Shown: positions 48,791-64,000 of the stretch, in pieces
How positions within the stretch are numbered: the stretch's first letter is position 1
How the letters are laid out: the number at the start of each line of letters is the position of its first letter
Source: Ylistrum balloti
Lineage: Eukaryota
DNA: 64,000 nt
Reading direction: 5' to 3'
NCBI RefSeq assembly: GCF_031769215.1
Contig: NW_026782309.1
Coordinates: 1 to 64,000, forward strand
The notes under the pieces: model-generated
The model's input: only the letters and a program-made list of their open reading frames with translations
Database searches by the model: none
What the model was told of the DNA's origin: nothing
Position numbers and translations under genes: made by a program

Positions 48791-51216
48791 TATAATTTTT
48801 AATACCAACTTTTATTAAACTATGTCTGTTCTAGTTTTGTACCAAAATGACAAGTTATCCAGATTTTACTTGACCTTTATCACATGAGCTATGTCCTGTC
48901 CCAGATTAATATCATAGCATATATCTTACTTTAATAACCGACTTTTATCACATTACTTCCTGTTTCAGTATTTCACATAAAACTTTAGTACAACATTAAG
49001 TACAGTAGCAGATTTTATGACTTGCTAAATACCAGGAAGGATTGATGTTTTTATGGCCCTAAACATTATATGAACGCACAGAAAGGGTTATCCTTGTCCA
49101 TCCAGTTCCAATGTAAAATCTTGGGAAATATCTCGACAGCTTTAGTTCATATCTACACACATTGGTTAATAAAGTTCATCAAAATATCCTACACCAGATC
49201 AGATTCTGGATTATTAGGGACAGTATTTATGTGTTCACATTATCTAGTTTCTTCTATGCTCATGAATGTAAAATATCTCTTACTTAAAATGGTAAGTTTG
49301 TTCTCAAATATTTGTCATCTTACTACAATTGGTCATGTTTTTGTGTGATGTCAACTCATTCAGTTCAAACTCCAATTTATTTTCACACACATGATTATTT
49401 TACAGTAACTCAAATGGGTTCAACAATATTTTATTTTGTTTGGACTAACGGAAGATTTAAAATACTTTCAATGAACACATTATCATTCAAACAGTATCAT
49501 TTTTGTAAGTTTTCAAAAAGTTGTAAGACAGAATCAATCTTTGTAAAACTCTTTTATTTGATTCTACTCTGCGTAGCACATGGATGTAGCAATACATGTA
49601 CATACCGTATCTATAACAAACACCCTTAGTTAATTACCGTGCTACACATAAATGTGAAAAAGAATCTTTTTACCACCTCTACCCTAAAAGTTCACTAAAA
49701 AATTTTTTTCATTCTAGATAAAAGTTATTTTTATATTCTATAGCTTAAAAAAGCCAAAATATATCAAAAATGTTTTAAAAGTTGATGCTAATTTGAGTAT
49801 TGATAATTTTTGGTATGTAGGTAGTGTCTTGTCATATCACATCCAAACTACTAGTAAGGTGATTATAAACACAAGGAGTCTTTTTTCTTTAAACTTTCAG
49901 TATTATTTCTCATGCCCTCAATTACAAAATAACAAAAGTTATTAACTATTTGAATTAAAATTTCTGTAAAAAAAAGAAACAAACATGTTTCAATCAAACA
50001 ACCCTAACGTTATTATTTCTTGTAACTTAACCAAATAAGTTAGCTCTACATCACATTTCCAAATATGCTAGACTCAAATGAGCTAAAAATTCATGAATGT
50101 TTGTATTGAATGACATTACAATTAAATTCTCACAAATAAAACAAATAATGACATTATCCATCCTCCATGAAAACTCTCTTTGATTTTATACATAATTACA
50201 CAATAACTAGCTAAAAATTACCATACAAAATTAAATTATAAAGTCCATCCAACAGCCTTGACAAAATACAATCCGTGAATTTCTATTCTTACTGTATTCA
50301 AGTATGGCAGATAATTTTACACTTATCTTGTTCAACAAGATGTCTTCAGTATAAGTCTAGATCAATGTTCCACATATTAACCTGATCCTTATTTAACAAT
50401 TATATAAAGCAAAATTTACCTTATAATAATCCTTCTCTCTGTAGGTAAAGTAAAAAACAATTCTAATACAACTGAATACCATGAAGATATTTCATTGAAG
50501 GCTGGAATTTCAAGATGCATTACTCCAACAATCCCAATCATCCCATTCAATGTAAAACATCCCAGTAAAAAGGTCACATTAATAAGTAACAAAGAGTTTA
50601 TAACTATTTTTCATTTTATTGTAAAAGTGTGTTAAATGTTCTACAACGAACCAGACTTTTACAACTTCTGGAATTTGTATTTACCAGGTATCAATAATGT
50701 GGTGACAACTTCTAAATTTAGAGTGCCATTTGGTCTCAAAAACAAAAATAAACTTGTTTTGTACATAAAATACGATACAGTAAATATGTGGTAAAAATCT
50801 TCAGGAAAATAAAAGTTCCATATACATGTACATACTTTCTATACATTCCTTAGCTATATTAGTAAATACCAAACAAAGCCAACTTAATCACTCCCTCTCT
50901 CTTACAATGTTTTTTATAAAATAAAAATTTTAAAACATACATCTTACTTTCAAAATAATAATAAGAGCTTAAATGAATATTTAAAACTTCAAGAAGCATC
51001 TCTGCTACAATATCCTGTTTGGATTTTCCATATTTTTATAAAATACAAAAAATCACAAATTTAGTGTTCTTTAAATACACATGTACAAATTTAGTGTTCT
51101 TTAAATGTTCAGCAGATATTATTTTATTATGAAATATCTGCATAACGTCATAAATTCCTTATAGTGTGCACAAGAAACTATGATAATGCGGCTTTTATAA
51201 GGTTGACAGTTCTTCA

Positions 51217-60813
<9,597 letters not shown>

Positions 60814-63096
60814 ATGAAACGTATGCAAGATCGCGAAAATTCTCCCCGGAGTAAAAGATCGCGCTCAGGTTATCCTGGACTTGATCATGAATCCTCTAGA
60901 GACAGGATGTCCCCAGACATGGACAGGCGAGATAGCCGGGGACGCGAGCCCAAACCAAAACCTTACAGAGATTTTGATCATGATCTTGGACCAATGCCTA
61001 GAGGTAACAAATATCATGATAGGATGGGGGACGGTTTTGGACCTGCAAGATCGGAAGTGAGAGGACCAGAATACAGATCTTTGTGTTTAAGTAACATTTC
61101 TAGTAAAATACCTGACGCTGTTTTGAAAGATAATTTATACCACGAATTTAAGAAATTTGGCGAATTTAATGTGAACGTTACATTTACGGGGGATCAGAGA
61201 GTTGCGTACATCAACTTTCGTTACCCTGAAGATGCTAGAGCTGCAAAACACAACAAATCAAAATTGATTGTATTTGACCGACCAGTCCGTGTTGATCCCG
61301 TTTTCCATAGACGCCGTAGTAGTAGTCCTAATACTGACATGGGTCGAGATTATGGAGGCCCCAGCAAAGGGTATGGACACAACTCTCCACCCATGCAATA
61401 TGGAGGAATGCGTGGGGATGGTATGGGAAGAGGAGGTGGTAACAGACGTCAGAATATGGGACGTGGATATTTCACAAACCAAGACGATATGCCTCCACCA
61501 ATGAGATCAATGGACAGGGATAATTATCAACCACAGCATTTTCATAAAGAAGGTGGTGTAAGGAAAGCACCAAATGAAAAGTTCCCCTATCACTTGGATC
61601 ATATAAATCCAGAAGATGATATTAAGGCAACCAGAACACTGTTTGTTGGTAATCTGGATTACAACATTGACCTAATGGAATTGCGACAGATTTTTGAGAG
61701 ATATGGTGCTATTGAAGATATTGATGTGAAGAGACCACAGAGAGGACAAGGAAATGCTTATGCATTTCTGAAATACATGAACCTGGATTGTGCCCATCGA
61801 GCAAAAGTAGAGATGTCTGGACAGTACATTGGAAGATTTCAGTGCAAAATAGGTTATGGAAAAGTAACTCCTACTACATGTTTGTGGGTTGGAGGCTTAG
61901 GACCTTGGGTGACTCATCAAGCATTAGAACGTGAATTTGATAGATTTGGTGTAATTGATAGGATTGAGTGGCCACATAGTAAAAATTATGCATATGTGTT
62001 GTATGACAACATTGATGCTGCTACAGCTGCCTGCCAAGAAATGAGAGGATTTCCTTTGGGGGATTCAAATAGAAGATTAAGGGTTGATTTTGCAGATGTA
62101 AGTCATATCCAAAGTTCACCAAGACCAAACGATCCACCATCTCCTGATGGTAGAGACATGGGTAGAAATCCACAGTGGCGTCCACCTTATGATGGTCCAG
62201 GTGAACCATCACATCGAGATGACTGGCCAATGGATGACAGGGGCCCAAATCAGCGCAATTTAGACCCAAGAGACAACAACCAGAGAGACAGAGGAAGAGA
62301 TATGTGGGAGGGGGGTGACAGAAATCGCCGTCCAAGAACACCAGATGAGTTTATGGATCGACAACATAGACGTTCAAAAAGCCAAGAGAACAAGTATGAC
62401 CAAAAGGATCGTGATGTAGGAAGGAACAGAGACAATGGACGCCGTCCGATGCATTCGCAAGAAAGAGATTTTAGTGATGGTGATCGTGGTGATTCAAGAC
62501 GTTTTGATGACCGGAGAGTTTCCCAAGGGGATAAAGAAACTGAAAAAGCATTAGAGATGGTAGAAAATATAGCAGATATGTCAAAGTGTTTACCAGCAGC
62601 ATGGAATGGAGCTCTGATTCTGAAGAGTAGTGCCTTTCCTGCAAGGATGCATGTGGTTGGTGGTAATGTGACTTTGGTTGACAACATGATGAGAGACCCA
62701 TCTACGACAGAAACACCTGTCCTCAAAGTCAAGCAACGACTTAGACTAGATCAGCCAAAATTGGAAGATGTTGGCCGCAGAGTGACCGGAGCTGGACCTC
62801 GTGGTCACTGCATTCTTCTAGCATTGAGTGGTTCTCTTCAAAATTATGAAGACACTTCAGTTCAGCAAAGACCTCTGAAAAATTTGGTGACATATCTACG
62901 ACAGAAAGATGCAGCTGGTGTGATTTCTCTTCCAAATTATGACTCAAAAGACAAGGACAATGTTGGTGTGCTATATGCATTTCCTCCTTGTCAGTTTGGG
63001 TATGACTATCTCATGACCAAGGCACCTAGACTTCCTCCAGAGCCCGCAGTTCAAGATGACTACATGGTCATTGTTGTGATTAGAGGAGCTGCATAG
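60814..63096 (+). CDS. RBM15: RNA-binding protein 15 / Spenito (3 RRM + SPOC), single coding exon, 760 aa from the ATG at 60814
   Basis: RRMs (YRSLCLSNI.., ATRTLFVGNL.., PTTCLWVGGLGPW..) and SPOC (AWNGALILKSSAFP..LRLDQPKL..LKNLVTYLRQKDAAGVISL). Confidence 0.96.
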   Translation: MKRMQDRENSPRSKRSRSGYPGLDHESSRDRMSPDMDRRDSRGREPKPKPYRDFDHDLGPMPRGNKYHDRMGDGFGPARSEVRGPEYRSLCLSNISSKIPDAVLKDNLYHEFKKFGEFNVNVTFTGDQRVAYINFRYPEDARAAKHNKSKLIVFDRPVRVDPVFHRRRSSSPNTDMGRDYGGPSKGYGHNSPPMQYGGMRGDGMGRGGGNRRQNMGRGYFTNQDDMPPPMRSMDRDNYQPQHFHKEGGVRKAPNEKFPYHLDHINPEDDIKATRTLFVGNLDYNIDLMELRQIFERYGAIEDIDVKRPQRGQGNAYAFLKYMNLDCAHRAKVEMSGQYIGRFQCKIGYGKVTPTTCLWVGGLGPWVTHQALEREFDRFGVIDRIEWPHSKNYAYVLYDNIDAATAACQEMRGFPLGDSNRRLRVDFADVSHIQSSPRPNDPPSPDGRDMGRNPQWRPPYDGPGEPSHRDDWPMDDRGPNQRNLDPRDNNQRDRGRDMWEGGDRNRRPRTPDEFMDRQHRRSKSQENKYDQKDRDVGRNRDNGRRPMHSQERDFSDGDRGDSRRFDDRRVSQGDKETEKALEMVENIADMSKCLPAAWNGALILKSSAFPARMHVVGGNVTLVDNMMRDPSTTETPVLKVKQRLRLDQPKLEDVGRRVTGAGPRGHCILLALSGSLQNYEDTSVQQRPLKNLVTYLRQKDAAGVISLPNYDSKDKDNVGVLYAFPPCQFGYDYLMTKAPRLPPEPAVQDDYMVIVVIRGAA

Positions 63097-64000
63097 CTTT
63101 ATCACCCAGTTAGTTATAAGTTTAGTGTCTCAATCATTTATAACATTAGAAATTTAGGGGGACTGTCATTCATGTCATAAACTTAATGTAGACTTTTTTT
63201 TGATGCTGAACTGGTACTTATAAACTAATGAATGAAATGTTATATTGCAGATGTGTAAAATGTAAAAGAGTACATTAATTTACTTTTTTATTTCAATTTT
63301 TACATATACGTTGTTATGTAGTTTTAAAAAATCTTCAATTGACCAATATACGATTGTATTACCTTAACATTTTTAAGGTAAATGAAACAAAATCACATTG
63401 TAAACCACTGACCGAGTTTGTAATTGTGTATTGTAATGAAAAATATTTTGTCACCCTTTTTGGTTTGACATCTGTTACTGTTATATAGATGATATGGAAT
63501 TTATTTATTTAGTATAATGAGTAAACAAATGTGAGGGCCGCAGTTAATACAATTAAACCTTTTTTATTTACCATTGACAGGAAGATTTCATAACTTAATA
63601 TGGCATATTTCATTGGTTGAATTAAATGATTTCAAATTAACTGTTCTATACATGTACATCTGATGGTCAAAATATGCAGTTATGATTATGAATAAGAATG
63701 TTATTTTTGATTTTAACTTTTTCCGATCAGATAATCTTATTTTGTATCGTTACGACAATCATGAAATCATGCTACAACCATTAACGTTTATCAATTTGTA
63801 CATGTCTTTTTGGTCGTTTTTGTTTGATAACATCACATACGAAGAAAAAAATTCTTTTGGTAATTTTTGAGGTTTTGAAAAATACATTTGACAGAAGCCT
63901 TAAAATGGACCATACTTTGTTGCATTAATGTTTTCAAAGCAATTACTTTTTCTATTTTATCTCGTCCTTAAAAATAGTTTATAATAGAACCAGTTCCAAA

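Noticed and set aside
61258-62980. Antisense and alternate-frame ORFs within RBM15, and similar ones within the transposases
   Set aside because: They are shadow ORFs of long real coding sequences with no recognisable motifs.

Overview
This is AT-rich animal genomic DNA, probably from a bivalve mollusc (judged from the 5S sequence and repeat content; not proven). (1) 1-3872: the 3' part of an intact Tx1-clade LINE (endonuclease-RT-CCHC ORF2). Its poly(A) is joined to nt 28 of a 5S rRNA gene. (2) 3873-28160: a tandem 5S rDNA array with a ~2.5 kb unit, 7 complete 5S genes and 2 interrupted ones. The spacer is not empty. It carries several divergent paralogues of an unrecognised, structured, apparently Pol III small RNA: a GTGAG..CTCAC terminal stem, an invariant TG-AGACTAAAG-CA hairpin loop and a T-run terminator. 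A second Tx1/5S junction lies at 20043. (3) 28165-48800: a truncated LINE, a deleted MULE with TIRs and TSD, TMEM167B (kish-B), a Helentron-like element, 34-bp and 93-bp tandem repeats, a pogo-type transposon and a LINE relic. (4) 51217-63096: 10-exon MAPKAPK2 (minus strand) head-to-head with intronless RBM15. MAPKAPK2 intron 8 holds a 45-bp minisatellite that reiterates its own in-frame splice donor. All analysis was done by eye and no database search was run.
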